Source of the DNA: Vicinamibacterales bacterium
GTDB lineage: Bacteria; Acidobacteriota; Vicinamibacteria; Vicinamibacterales; UBA2999
Assembly: GCA_036004405.1 (NCBI GenBank)
Contig: DASYRM010000061.1
Coordinates: 1,053-65,052, forward strand
Length of the DNA stretch: 64,000 bases
Reading direction: 5' to 3'
The notes beneath the pieces were generated by a model. That model saw only the letters and a program-made list of their open reading frames with translations, made no database searches and had not been told where the DNA came from. Below, piece after piece: positions 1-9,927 of the stretch. The position numbers and the translations under genes were made by a program. Each line of letters starts with the position of its first letter. Position 1 is the stretch's first letter.

Positions 1-1323
1 CACCAGCACGTCCTTGCAGCCGTCGTTGTCGTAGTCGGCCTGCACCAGGTTCAAGCCGCCGAGCTCGCCTCCGAGGCCGGCGCGCGCGGCCCGATCGTGA
101 AAGCGGCCATCCGGCCCACGGCGAAAGAGCTGCATGGCACCGCAGCTGTCGAAATTGGAGGTCAGAATCTCCAGCGAGCCGTCGTTGTCGAAGTCGTCCA
201 CAATGACGCCGCCCGCCGACGAGAACGAGTCGACGCCGAGCGCGGGCGCCACGTCGGTGAAACGGCCGATGCTCTCGCCCGACTCGAACGCCGACGGCGG
301 GATGCGGTCGCCGGCCGGCACCCCCGTCGGATACGACCCTGCGGCCATGTGCGCCAGATTCAACAGCCAGGTCAGCTCGCCGTCGCCAGGCCGGCGCCCG
401 AGTGCTTTCATGAAGTAGTCGATCGCGGTCTTGGCCCCGCGCGGGTCCGCGAGGGGCGCCGGCTTCGGCGACAACAGGCAGCGATCGCCCGGCGTGCGAT
501 AGGCGCCGTTGTCCATCTCCGCTTTGTGCAGGTACGCGACGCCGAGCATCTCCTCGAGCTGCGCGAGCGCCTCGGGAAAGTGCTTGAGCGCTCCCGGATA
601 CGCCTGCTCGAAGCGTGCAATCGTCTCGGCCATGCGGCCGTCGTAGGCGTGGATCTGGCCCAGGATGACGTCGGCCTGGATCACGTCCACCGGATCCGGC
701 GCCAGCGAGCTGACGGCCGTCTTCATCGACGCCGTCAGCTCCGTCATCGATACGATCATCTCGGCCAGCGACGACCGGCGCACCTCGCAGATCTCCTGCG
801 GGTGCATGTTCCAGTCGTCGTGCGCCTTCGGTGCTTCTTGCAGGATCGTGTTGGCTTCGGCAAAGCCGTCCACGCTCACGGTGGGCTGCACGGCGCCGCT
901 GGCGGCGATGCCGGCGATTTCCGTGGAGCGCAGGCGCGGACGGCCCGTTCGCGGCTCGGCCAGCTGCACGACGCCGAACCCGGTCGGCAGGCGGATCACG
1001 CCGCTCGTCGCACCGGGGGCAAGCGCCGCCAGCGCGTCGCGCAGCTCGGCGCGCAGCTCGCCGAGGACCACGGGGCCGATGACGCCGCCGCGCGCCGCCG
1101 ACGGATCGATCGATTCGCTGGCCGCGAGCGTGCCGGCGTCGGCGCCGCGCCGCAGACGCTCGGCCACCTCGCGCGCCGCGCTCTCGGTGCTGACGACGAT
1201 CAGCCGGAACGTCACCTCGCGGCCGCCCGGAGGCGCCTGCGCCGGCCGCGCGGCGGCCGTGAACTGCCACACGACCAGGGCGGCGACGACGGCGACGGCC
1301 ACTGCGCGGGTGGTGCGCGGCAT
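1..1323 (-). CDS. Secreted parvulin-like PPIase + TPR-like + FG-GAP (CRTAC1/ASPIC-UnbV-type) protein, 3' end off window
   Basis: Not in the ORF track (no stop in window). Hand translation from ATG 1323: signal MPRTTRAVAVAVVAALVVW; rotamase-like VTFRLIVVSTESAAREVAERLRRG..ESIDPSAARGGVIG; WLLNLAHMAAGSYP; FG-GAP motifs DFDNDGSLEI and DYDNDGCKDV. Confidence 0.85.
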   Translation of the reverse strand, partial: MPRTTRAVAVAVVAALVVWQFTAAARPAQAPPGGREVTFRLIVVSTESAAREVAERLRRGADAGTLAASESIDPSAARGGVIGPVVLGELRAELRDALAALAPGATSGVIRLPTGFGVVQLAEPRTGRPRLRSTEIAGIAASGAVQPTVSVDGFAEANTILQEAPKAHDDWNMHPQEICEVRRSSLAEMIVSMTELTASMKTAVSSLAPDPVDVIQADVILGQIHAYDGRMAETIARFEQAYPGALKHFPEALAQLEEMLGVAYLHKAEMDNGAYRTPGDRCLLSPKPAPLADPRGAKTAIDYFMKALGRRPGDGELTWLLNLAHMAAGSYPTGVPAGDRIPPSAFESGESIGRFTDVAPALGVDSFSSAGGVIVDDFDNDGSLEILTSNFDSCGAMQLFRRGPDGRFHDRAARAGLGGELGGLNLVQADYDNDGCKDVLV

Positions 1324-1342
1324 TGCCGCGTATGATAGCCGC
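1324..1342. promoter_or_regulatory. Candidate bidirectional -10 element for two leaderless divergent genes
   Basis: TATGAT (+, 1331-1336) 6 nt before ATG 1343; TATCAT (-, 1332-1337) 8 nt before ATG 1323; no room for an SD. Confidence 0.65.
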
Positions 1343-3145
1343 ATGCCTCGAACGCTCACGATTTCCGCGTGTTTACTGCTTGCGCTGGCCGTGCCGGCCG
1401 TGGCGCAGGTACCCGATGGCGCGGCCACGTTCAACCGCGCGTGCGCCAGCTGCCATCGCGAAGGCCAGACCACCGCGCCCACGCCGACGGTACTGCGGCA
1501 GCTGACGCCGGAAGGCATCCTCAACGCGATCACGCAGGGGCGCATGCAGGTGCAGGGCGCCACGCTGTCCGACGCCGAACGCCGCGCGGTGGCCGAATTC
1601 GTGGCGGGCCGCGCGCTCGCAACGGCGACGACCGCGGTGGCGAATCGGTGCACGACGTCGCCGGCGATGAGCGACACGGCTACTACACCGGGATGGAACG
1701 GGTGGGGCAACGGCGTCGCCAACACGCGCTTTGCCGCCACCGCGGGCCTCACGGCCGCGGATCTGCCGCGCCTCAAGCTGAAGTGGGCCTTCGGCTACGC
1801 CGGCGTGAACGCGGCGCGCGCACAGCCGACCATCGCGGGCGGCCGGCTCTTCGTGGCCAGCGAGAATGGCGAGGCGCACGCGCTCGACCCGAAGACCGGC
1901 TGCACCTATTGGACTTTCCGCGCGCAGGCCGGCATCCGCACCGGTCTGAGCGTCGGGCCGTATAAGAACGCGTCCGGATCGGGCCAGGCGGTGTACTTCG
2001 GTGACGTCAAGGCCAACGCCTATGCCGTGGACGCGCAGACCGGCCGCCAGCTGTGGGTGCGCAAGGTGGACGACCACCTGGCCGCGTCGCTCACCGGCGC
2101 GCCTACCGTGTGGGGCGGCAAGGTCTTCGTGCCGGTGCAGGGGCTCAACGAAGAAGGACAGGGCGGCACCGGCAAGTATCCGTGCTGCACCTTCCGCGGC
2201 AGCCTCGTGGCGCTCGACGCGAACAGCGGCGCCGTGCTGTGGAAGACCTACACGGTGGATGCGCCGCAGCCGCGGGGGAAGAACAAGGAAGGCATTCAGA
2301 TGTCGGGACCCGCGGGCGGCGGGATCTGGTCGTCCCCTACCGTGGATACCAAGCGCGGTCTCGTCTACGTCGCCACCGGCAACGCCTACGCCGATCCGCC
2401 GCAGAAGATGACCAACGCCGTGCTCGCGATGGACGTGCAGACCGGCGCGGTGAAGTGGGTGCGGCAGACCACGCCCAACGACAGCTGGACGCTCGGCTGC
2501 CAGGCGCAGAACCCGGACAATCCGGCCTGCCCCGCCACGCTCGGCCCCGATCACGACTTCTCCGCGTCGCCCTCGCTCACCACGGTGAACGGCCGCGATC
2601 TGCTGGTGCTCCCGCAGAAGTCGGGCCTCGCGTGGGCCATCGATCCCGATAAGAACGGCGAAGTGGTGTGGCAGCGCCGCATCGGTCAGGGCAGCGGCCT
2701 GGGCGGCCAATGGGGCGGCGCCGTGGACGGGCAGCAGGCCTACTTCGGCGTGTCGGACATGCTGTCGCCCAACCCGGGCGGCATGCGGGCGGTGAACCTG
2801 GCGACGGGCGAGATGGCGTGGAGCGTCGATCCGCAGAAACCGCTCTGCGGTGAGGGGCGCACGTGCCGTGCCTCGCAAGGCGCGGCCGTGACCGTGATTC
2901 CGGGCGCGGTGTTCTCCGGGTCGCTCGACGGCGGCATGCGCGCCTACTCCACCACCGACGGCAAGATCATGTGGACCTACGACAGCAACCGCGAGTTCCA
3001 GACAGTGAACAACGTGAAAGCGATCGGCGGCGGCCTCGAAGGCCCGGGCGCGATCGTCTCCGGGGGGATGCTCTACTTCAACTCCGGCTACGGCGGCTTC
3101 GTCGGCAACCCCGGCAACGTCCTCCTCGCCTTCGGGGTTGATTAG
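1343..3145 (+). CDS. Quinohemoprotein PQQ dehydrogenase with N-terminal cytochrome c (polyvinyl-alcohol dehydrogenase-like)
   Basis: Signal peptide from MPRTLTISACLLLALA; CASCH heme motif; LKLKWAFG, CCTFRGSLVALD, GPDHDF, PQQ propeller repeats; C-terminal PGNVLLAF. Confidence 0.9.
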   Translation: MPRTLTISACLLLALAVPAVAQVPDGAATFNRACASCHREGQTTAPTPTVLRQLTPEGILNAITQGRMQVQGATLSDAERRAVAEFVAGRALATATTAVANRCTTSPAMSDTATTPGWNGWGNGVANTRFAATAGLTAADLPRLKLKWAFGYAGVNAARAQPTIAGGRLFVASENGEAHALDPKTGCTYWTFRAQAGIRTGLSVGPYKNASGSGQAVYFGDVKANAYAVDAQTGRQLWVRKVDDHLAASLTGAPTVWGGKVFVPVQGLNEEGQGGTGKYPCCTFRGSLVALDANSGAVLWKTYTVDAPQPRGKNKEGIQMSGPAGGGIWSSPTVDTKRGLVYVATGNAYADPPQKMTNAVLAMDVQTGAVKWVRQTTPNDSWTLGCQAQNPDNPACPATLGPDHDFSASPSLTTVNGRDLLVLPQKSGLAWAIDPDKNGEVVWQRRIGQGSGLGGQWGGAVDGQQAYFGVSDMLSPNPGGMRAVNLATGEMAWSVDPQKPLCGEGRTCRASQGAAVTVIPGAVFSGSLDGGMRAYSTTDGKIMWTYDSNREFQTVNNVKAIGGGLEGPGAIVSGGMLYFNSGYGGFVGNPGNVLLAFGVD

Positions 3146-3159
3146 TCGAACACCCGACG

Positions 3160-4497
3160 ATGAGGTCGTGGCATGACGCTCGAATCGATATCGTCGACGG
3201 CGGCTCGATCGACGCCACACAACGAACACTGATCATCGGCATCGTCACGGCGACGCTGCTGACATTGGCCGTCGTGATCGCCGACCTGGCGATCGGCGGA
3301 CGCCCTGACCCGCCGACGCTGCGCGCCGCGGCCACGCTGCTGGATGGCGCTTGGCGATTCCACACCGGCGATGACCCACACTGGGCCGACCCCAATTCAG
3401 ATGACCATGATTGGGAAACGGTCGACATGACCGCCCTGCCGGGCAGCCACGACGGCGACGTGGGTCTGCCCGATTACGTCGGCGGGTGGATGGCGCACGG
3501 TCACCCCGCTTATCACGGTTACGCCTGGTACCGGCGCGCGGTCACGGTGCCGGCCGGACGCGCCTCGTGGGAGATCCTCGGGCCGACACTTGTCGAGGAC
3601 GGCTACGAACTCTATTGGAACGGCCAACGGCTCGGCGGGTCGGGCAGGCTGGGCGCCAACCCGCGTGTCGTCGGCACACGTCCGCTGCGGTTCGAACTTC
3701 CCGCCGATGCGGCGGGCACCCGTGGCGTGCTCGCGGTTCGCGTATACATGCGCCCCGGGTCCGGGAGCAGCGCAGACGGCGGCGGCATGCACAGCCCGCC
3801 CATACTGGCTCCCCAGCCGATCGGCGATGCGCTCCACCGCGTGCAATGGCATCGAACCATCGCCGGTTACATCGTCGATGTGATCGAGCCGCTCGCCATG
3901 CTGGCACTCATCGGCCTGGGGCTCGTGTGCCGGTCGCGGAGCAGTCACAAGGGTTTCCTGATCTGTGCCAGCGTCGCCCTGGCGCTGACGGCAGCCAGGC
4001 GCCTCAACAATGCGATCGTCGCGTGGACCGATCTGCAAGATCTGGCCACCTATGGGTGGCTGGCGTCCGTGATGTGGGTGCCAACCGTGGCCGCCTGGAC
4101 GTTGGCCTGGAACCGCTGGTGCCCGGTTCCGTGGCGAAGCATCGATGTATCGGCGACAGTGCTGGCGGTCGCCGGGATTGCGGGCGCCGTGATGCATTCG
4201 GCGGTGGTGACGAGCGGCAGCCGGCTCGGGTCGCTGGCGCTGTTTGTCGTCATCGGTGCGCGCATCGCCGGCAGCGGACCCCTGCGGATCCTGGCGCCCA
4301 TCACGCTAGCCTCGATCATGGCCGGAATCTTCGGCGGCGAGCTGCTCGATCCGATAGGGGTGCCAGGCATCTGGTTTCCGTTCGGCATCGGCGTGTCGCG
4401 AACGCAGTACATCTATGCGATCGCCGTCCCGCTCCTGGCCGTCCTGATCGTGCGGACGCTGCCTCTTAGCGAGAGACCGTCTTCAGCGCCGCGATGA
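3160..4497 (+). CDS. Membrane protein with galactose-binding (GH2 sugar-binding-like) domain and multiple C-terminal TM helices
   Basis: LDGAWRFHTGDD..WAD, GYAWYRR, YELYWNG jelly-roll signature, then about 7 hydrophobic segments; start uncertain. Confidence 0.7.
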   Translation: MRSWHDARIDIVDGGSIDATQRTLIIGIVTATLLTLAVVIADLAIGGRPDPPTLRAAATLLDGAWRFHTGDDPHWADPNSDDHDWETVDMTALPGSHDGDVGLPDYVGGWMAHGHPAYHGYAWYRRAVTVPAGRASWEILGPTLVEDGYELYWNGQRLGGSGRLGANPRVVGTRPLRFELPADAAGTRGVLAVRVYMRPGSGSSADGGGMHSPPILAPQPIGDALHRVQWHRTIAGYIVDVIEPLAMLALIGLGLVCRSRSSHKGFLICASVALALTAARRLNNAIVAWTDLQDLATYGWLASVMWVPTVAAWTLAWNRWCPVPWRSIDVSATVLAVAGIAGAVMHSAVVTSGSRLGSLALFVVIGARIAGSGPLRILAPITLASIMAGIFGGELLDPIGVPGIWFPFGIGVSRTQYIYAIAVPLLAVLIVRTLPLSERPSSAPR

Positions 4498-5575
4498 GCG
4501 CGTCGGTGTGTTCCGGCTTCCCCACTGAAATCCGCAGGCAGTCGCGCAGGCCGTCCTTGTCGAAGTAGCGCACGAGCACGCCCTGCTTCTCGATCGCCTG
4601 CTTCACGGCCTTGGCGTCGCGGCCGCCGGTGACGCGGCACAGCACGAAGTTGGTTTCGCTCGGCAGCGGCTCGACCCACTCGAGCGCGCGCAGCGCCTCC
4701 GTCATACGCTGGCGCTCGGCCGTGATGGCCACCACGCTGCGATCGAGCCAGGGGCGATCCTGCATGGCGGCAATCGCCATCACCGTGCCGGCGACGTTGG
4801 GCGTGTACGGCTGCTTCACCTTCCACAGGTGCTTGATGACCGGCAGCGGAAACACGCCGTAGCCCACGCGCAGACCCGCCATGCCCGCGAGCTTGCTGAA
4901 CGTCCGCAGCACGACGAGGTTGCCGCGCTCGGGTACCAGCGGCGCCAGCGACTGCTGGGTGCTGAAGTCGATGTAGGCCTCGTCCACCACCACCACCACG
5001 GGCAGATCGAGCAGCCGCAGCAGATCGGCGCGCGGGGTGATCGAGCCGTCGGGGTTGTTCGGGTTGGTCACGAACAGCAGCTTCGGCGGCACGCCCGACG
5101 CTTCCAGCGCGCGCACCGTACCCTCGACCGCATCGATATCCACCGAGAAGTCGCGGCGGCGCGGAACCGACACGTACTGGGCGCCGAGGACGTCGGCCTC
5201 CCACTTGTACATGCCGAACGTCGGCGGCAGATCGACGATCATCTGCCCCGGCTCGACAAAGGCGCGCGCCAGCAGGTCGATCACTTCGTCGCCGCCGGCG
5301 CCGCACATGATGTGCTCCATCGGCACGCCGACAAAGGCGCTCAGCGCCTCGCGCAGCGCCGTCTGGTCGGGATCCGGATAGATGTGCAGTTCACGGGACG
5401 CGGCCACCGCCTCCAGCGCCCGCGGCGAGGTGCCGTAGGGGTTCTCGTTCGCATCGAGCTTCACGATCCGATCGGCCGGAAGACCGAGCCGGCGTGACAG
5501 CACGTCGAGCGGCACGATGGGCGCGTAGGGCTGCATGCCACGCACGTGCGGGGCGATCAAGGACTCAACGTTCAT
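4466..5575 (-). CDS. hisC: Histidinol-phosphate aminotransferase
   Basis: KLDANENPYG, YPD, NPNNPDG, DEAYIDF, LRTFSKLAGMAGLRVGY (PLP lysine), RISVG. Confidence 0.92.
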   Translation of the reverse strand: MNVESLIAPHVRGMQPYAPIVPLDVLSRRLGLPADRIVKLDANENPYGTSPRALEAVAASRELHIYPDPDQTALREALSAFVGVPMEHIMCGAGGDEVIDLLARAFVEPGQMIVDLPPTFGMYKWEADVLGAQYVSVPRRRDFSVDIDAVEGTVRALEASGVPPKLLFVTNPNNPDGSITPRADLLRLLDLPVVVVVDEAYIDFSTQQSLAPLVPERGNLVVLRTFSKLAGMAGLRVGYGVFPLPVIKHLWKVKQPYTPNVAGTVMAIAAMQDRPWLDRSVVAITAERQRMTEALRALEWVEPLPSETNFVLCRVTGGRDAKAVKQAIEKQGVLVRYFDKDGLRDCLRISVGKPEHTDALIAALKTVSR

Positions 5576-5613
5576 GCGGCCATGGTACTTGAGGCCGCAC
5601 GAACGTTGGGCCT

Positions 5614-5641
5614 GGCCTTGGGCCTTAGACCTTGGGCCTTG
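5614..5641. repeat. 7-bp tandem repeat (GGCCTTG-like x4) between divergent hisC and MFS genes
   Basis: ggccttg ggcctta gaccttg ggccttg, followed by TATAAT at 5644-5649. Confidence 0.7.
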
Positions 5642-5660
5642 GCTATAATCCGCGCGGCTC

Positions 5661-6920
5661 ATGACGAACGGAACTGGACGCGGCTCGCGGGTGCGCTACC
5701 GCGTGCTGTGGATGGCGTTCCTGCTCGCGATCGTCACCTTTCTCGATCGCGTCTGCATCTCGTTTGCCGCCCCCCACATGATGGACGACCTCGGGCTCAC
5801 GATGGTCCAAATGAGCCTGGTCTTCAGCGCCTTCACGCTCGCCTACTCGCTGTTCGAAGTGCCTTCGGGATGGCTGGGCGACGTGGTCGGCCCCCGGCGC
5901 GTGCTCACGCGCATCGTCTTGTGGTGGTCGGCGTTCACGATGCTCACCGGCGCGGCTCAGGGCAACCGGTCGCTCCTGGCCATCCGGTTTCTGTTCGGCG
6001 CGGGCGAAGCCGGTGCGTTTCCGAACGCCGTGCGCAGCTTCTCGCAGTGGTTTCCCGCACGCGAGCGCGGCAAGGCGAACGGCGTGCTCTTCTTCGGCTC
6101 GCGCCTGGGCGGCGCGCTCACGGCGCCGCTGGCGCTGGCGCTGATTCAGTGGTGGGGCTGGCGGGCGAGCTTCGCCGCCTTCGGATGCATCGGCGTAGTG
6201 TGGGCCGCGGTGTGGTACTTCACCTACCGCGATCGTCCAGCCGATCACCCTGACGTGGACGCCACCGAGCTGGCGTGGATCACGCAGGACACGCCGGCCG
6301 CCGCGCATGCCGTCCACACGCCGTGGGCAGCGATCCTCTCGAGCCGCAACCTCTACGCGATCTGCGCGATGTACTTTGCGCTCGGCTACGGCCTGTATTT
6401 CTACTTCACGTGGCTCCCCACCTATCTCACGCGCGAGCTGGGCTTCTCCATGGCCACTGGCGGCTTCTTCTCGGCGCTGCCCTTTCTGCTCGCCGGCGCC
6501 GCCAACCTCGCGGGCGGCTGGTACACCGACCACCTGGCGCGCACGCGCGGCCTGCGGACGGCGCGTTGCACGCTCGGGTCGCTGTCATTTGCGACGTGCG
6601 CGGCGTTGCTGCTCACCTCGACGGCGGTCCCCTCACCGATCGTCAAGGCGTTGCTGCTGGCGCTGGCGCTCGCGTCGGCCGACTTCGCGCTGAGCGCGTG
6701 CTGGGCCGTGTGTCTGGACGTCGGCGCCACGCACGCAGGCGTGGTCACCGGGTTCATGAACACGAGCGGCAATCTCGGGGGGCTGATTGGACCGCTGGTG
6801 GTCGGCCTGATGGTCGAACGCTGGCAGTCGTGGACCTACCCGTTCTACGTCACCGCCGCGGTGTATGTCGTGGGTGCGGTTGCGTGGCTGTGGATCGACC
6901 CGCGACAACGGATTGCCTAG
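5661..6920 (+). CDS. MFS transporter, ACS (glucarate/galactarate-like) family
   Basis: FLDRVCIS, EVPSGWLGD..GPRR, RFLFGAGEAGAFP, WFPARERG, TWLPTYL. Confidence 0.9.
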   Translation: MTNGTGRGSRVRYRVLWMAFLLAIVTFLDRVCISFAAPHMMDDLGLTMVQMSLVFSAFTLAYSLFEVPSGWLGDVVGPRRVLTRIVLWWSAFTMLTGAAQGNRSLLAIRFLFGAGEAGAFPNAVRSFSQWFPARERGKANGVLFFGSRLGGALTAPLALALIQWWGWRASFAAFGCIGVVWAAVWYFTYRDRPADHPDVDATELAWITQDTPAAAHAVHTPWAAILSSRNLYAICAMYFALGYGLYFYFTWLPTYLTRELGFSMATGGFFSALPFLLAGAANLAGGWYTDHLARTRGLRTARCTLGSLSFATCAALLLTSTAVPSPIVKALLLALALASADFALSACWAVCLDVGATHAGVVTGFMNTSGNLGGLIGPLVVGLMVERWQSWTYPFYVTAAVYVVGAVAWLWIDPRQRIA

Positions 6921-7540
6921 TCGAGCGAGAACGGCGGGTAGTCGTCGACCATGAGCAGCATGTAGGCCTCGACCCGCAGGCGCCACCGCATCGCGCCGAC
7001 GCCGAAATCATAGAGCGCCTTCGGATACGCGCCGGTGAAGAGAATCACGAACCACGCCGCGATGGTGGTGAAGCACCAGGCGATCATCAGGAAGACCAGC
7101 ACGACGGCGTGCGGGATCACATAGATCAGGCGCAGCGCGATGCTGAGGCGGTCGCGCGCGGCCAATGGCTCGAGGATTTCGATCGACGCCGGATAGGGCG
7201 CGTCGCCGAATGGGGGATAGGGATCCTCGAACAGCATCAGGTACGAGACCGCGCGCACGCGCCAGCGCAGGTAGAACGCCGTGAACTGGCGGATGCCGGT
7301 GATGTGGGTGCCGGCACTCACCAAAGTGAACCAGCTCACGATGGCCATGAAGACGGCAACCGCACCCAGCAGTCCGCCTTCGCCGCTGGCGCTGCGATTG
7401 TCGGTGTTGTAGCCGAAGGCGAAGCCCGCGCCGCCGACGAGAATGATGTGCGGGATTGCCAGGAGCAGCCGGAAGAACGTCGTGAGCCGGTTGCGGTTGG
7501 CATAGGTCGGCTCGACACCCACGATGACGGGATACGACAT
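6917..7540 (-). CDS. DUF4389-like membrane protein
   Basis: Duplicated RL..AIPH / RWR.R...Y.....D.YPPF motifs. Confidence 0.8.
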   Translation of the reverse strand: MSYPVIVGVEPTYANRNRLTTFFRLLLAIPHIILVGGAGFAFGYNTDNRSASGEGGLLGAVAVFMAIVSWFTLVSAGTHITGIRQFTAFYLRWRVRAVSYLMLFEDPYPPFGDAPYPASIEILEPLAARDRLSIALRLIYVIPHAVVLVFLMIAWCFTTIAAWFVILFTGAYPKALYDFGVGAMRWRLRVEAYMLLMVDDYPPFSLD

Positions 7541-7591
7541 GGCGAGACTATACGCGCGCGGACGGTGGGGATCGAGCGGCGCCGCGGCCGG

Positions 7592-9832
7592 TCAGCGGGG
7601 CTCGAGCACCGTCACGGCCACCTCGGCCCGGCCGCCGTCGCCGACCGACACGCTTGCGGACGGCGCGACCAGCGACTCCAGGAAGGCCGGATCGCGCCAC
7701 GCGTCGGGCCCACCCGCCGGGAGGGCCGCGACGGCCGCCACGTAGTAGTTGCCGGGCGGCAGTCCTTCCACGCTGAAACTCCCGTCGGTGCCGACGGTCG
7801 CCGCGCGCATGGAGCGGCTCTGCGCGTACCAGGTCTCGCGATAGGGCGCGAACACGATCGCGGTTGCACCAGCGGCTGCACGTCCGTCGCGGTCGCGCAC
7901 ACGCCCGGCCACATGCGTGACGCGATCGGTCAGCACCACCTCCACGTCGTCGATCGATTGGGCCACTGTTCCAAAGGCGAGCGGCCGGTCCGTGACGTCG
8001 AGGCCGCGCACGCGAATCTCCTTGAGGGCCCAGCCGGGCGGCGTGCGTGTCACTTCGAGCCGGCGCGGCCCGTTGATCCCGGTCAGGCTGAACGTCCAAT
8101 CCGGGCGAATGTCCGCCATCGCCCGCCCGCTCAGCGGCGCGAGATCCGGATCCGAGGGCACCGCCTCGATGTCGATCCCGGCTCGCGGAGGCGCCGCTCC
8201 CGGCACCGATCCGATGAACGACACGCGCCCCACAATCGTGGAGCCACCGGTGGCCTGAATCGTCAGCCCCTCGATATCGCGATCGCCGACCGATACGGAG
8301 AGCACGCCAAACTCGCCTTCCGTCGAGCGATTCCTGGTTCCTCGATAGGCTTGCACGACATAGCGGCCGGGCGGGACATTCGGGAACTCGAATGCGCCCC
8401 CGTCGCCGACCCGCGCACCGACCGCTGTGGCCAGCGCCGACGCGGATTGACTCGGAAACAGGTTCAGGCTGCCCACCAGCCCCGGCCGCCCCTGGGCGTC
8501 GCGCACGATGCCCGACACACGCACCGTGCGCTGACGAACGAGCGTGATGTCAGCGTTCGATTGCACCTGTCCGGCTCCGATGGTGAGGAAGGGCGACGAG
8601 GCCGCGTCGGCGACGCCGGGATAGTAGGTCCGCACGTACCCGGGGAGCTCCGCCGTGGACACGTCGGCGGCGCTCGCAGACAGGATGTACTGCCCCGGCG
8701 GGACGCCGAAGATTCGGAACGCGCCGCGGTCGTCGGTCGATCGCGTGAATCCGGCCGACACCAGCCGCCGCCGGCCATCCTGGAACTGCAGACGCAGCAG
8801 CTGCATCGCCGCTCCTTGCACCGGGTCGCCGAGCTCGTCGACCACACGCCCGGTGACGCTGCTCCAGGGCGTCAGCGTCAGTTCGGCGTCCGCACCCGTC
8901 GCCGTCACGGTGATCAGCCGGCCAAGCGGCGGTACCTCGCTGGAGAACCCCGACTTCGACGCCGCGATGAGGAACGCGCCGGGCACGACGTCGGCGAACG
9001 CGAACCGCCCGTCCCTGTCCGACTGCGTCGACGCGCCCTCGCGCCGGGCCCGCTGCGTCAGCCTCACCGTCGCGCCGGCGACGACGCCGCCGGTGGCGCT
9101 GACGACCCGGCCACGTACGACGGTCACGGACTCGCCTGGGGCTGGCGGCCGCAGTGGCGGTGTCGAGGTGAACGCCACGCCGCCGTTGACCAGCGCGTCG
9201 TAGCTCGCGGGCAGGGCCAGACTGATCCTGTCGATTTCGTCGCCCGCTTTCACGTCGAGCAGTTCGGCCTCGGACGCCGACGCGACCCCGGGAAAATAGA
9301 CCGTGGCGTCCCGTGTACCGAGGGCCTGTACCGACACCACGACGCGCCCCTCGCTGAGCGCACTGAGGCGGAATTCGCCGCGATCGTCGGTGATGCTGGT
9401 CGCCACCGCCGAAAAGGTCTGGCCGCCGGGCGCTGGGACTTCCGCGCGTACGGCCACGTTCGGGGCGGGTTCGCCCGTCGCGTCCATGACGCGGCCGGTG
9501 ATGACCGCGGTCCGCGCCAGCCGGATGTCTCCGAGGACGCGACCCGACGGCATCGCCATGTCGCGACGCGCGTAGCCGGCCTTGGCGATGGTGAGACGCG
9601 GAGTGCCCGGCGGCGCGTCGAGCGCGAACCGACCGTCGTGGTCGGTCAGCGTCGCGCGTGCGGTGGCCGCGGTTGAAAGAGCGACTTTGGCGTTGGGAAT
9701 CGGGTCGCCGGTGTCGTCGGCAACGGCGCGGCCTTCAATCCGGCGCGGCGCGGCCGTCTGCGCCTGCGGCTGCGCCACGAGCGCGAACAGCAGCGCTCCA
9801 AGCACTACGGCAACGACAGGCACGCGAGTCAT
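7592..9832 (-). CDS. Secreted carboxypeptidase-regulatory-like repeat protein
   Basis: Signal MTRVPVVAVVLGALL; repeated G.V.D..G.P / TDDRG.FR / TYYPG / PPG.Y modules. Confidence 0.85.
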   Translation of the reverse strand: MTRVPVVAVVLGALLFALVAQPQAQTAAPRRIEGRAVADDTGDPIPNAKVALSTAATARATLTDHDGRFALDAPPGTPRLTIAKAGYARRDMAMPSGRVLGDIRLARTAVITGRVMDATGEPAPNVAVRAEVPAPGGQTFSAVATSITDDRGEFRLSALSEGRVVVSVQALGTRDATVYFPGVASASEAELLDVKAGDEIDRISLALPASYDALVNGGVAFTSTPPLRPPAPGESVTVVRGRVVSATGGVVAGATVRLTQRARREGASTQSDRDGRFAFADVVPGAFLIAASKSGFSSEVPPLGRLITVTATGADAELTLTPWSSVTGRVVDELGDPVQGAAMQLLRLQFQDGRRRLVSAGFTRSTDDRGAFRIFGVPPGQYILSASAADVSTAELPGYVRTYYPGVADAASSPFLTIGAGQVQSNADITLVRQRTVRVSGIVRDAQGRPGLVGSLNLFPSQSASALATAVGARVGDGGAFEFPNVPPGRYVVQAYRGTRNRSTEGEFGVLSVSVGDRDIEGLTIQATGGSTIVGRVSFIGSVPGAAPPRAGIDIEAVPSDPDLAPLSGRAMADIRPDWTFSLTGINGPRRLEVTRTPPGWALKEIRVRGLDVTDRPLAFGTVAQSIDDVEVVLTDRVTHVAGRVRDRDGRAAAGATAIVFAPYRETWYAQSRSMRAATVGTDGSFSVEGLPPGNYYVAAVAALPAGGPDAWRDPAFLESLVAPSASVSVGDGGRAEVAVTVLEPR

Positions 9833-9927
9833 GGGCGCGTCGCGGAATCTTAGACGACACGCCGGTCCCCGCGGCTGGTTGCGCCCGGGTCGGCCCGGCC
9901 CGCTTTCGACGCCGCCCCACGTACGAG

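Noticed and set aside
97-1335. 412-aa plus ORF and the 665-1342 extension of the PQQ gene
   Set aside because: The real gene is on the minus strand (FG-GAP motifs); the PQQ gene's signal peptide begins at 1343
6275-9676. 1133-aa plus-strand ORF
   Set aside because: Antisense or alternate-frame shadow of the MFS, DUF4389-like and carboxypeptidase-like genes; Arg/Gly-rich with no motifs, typical of high-GC DNA
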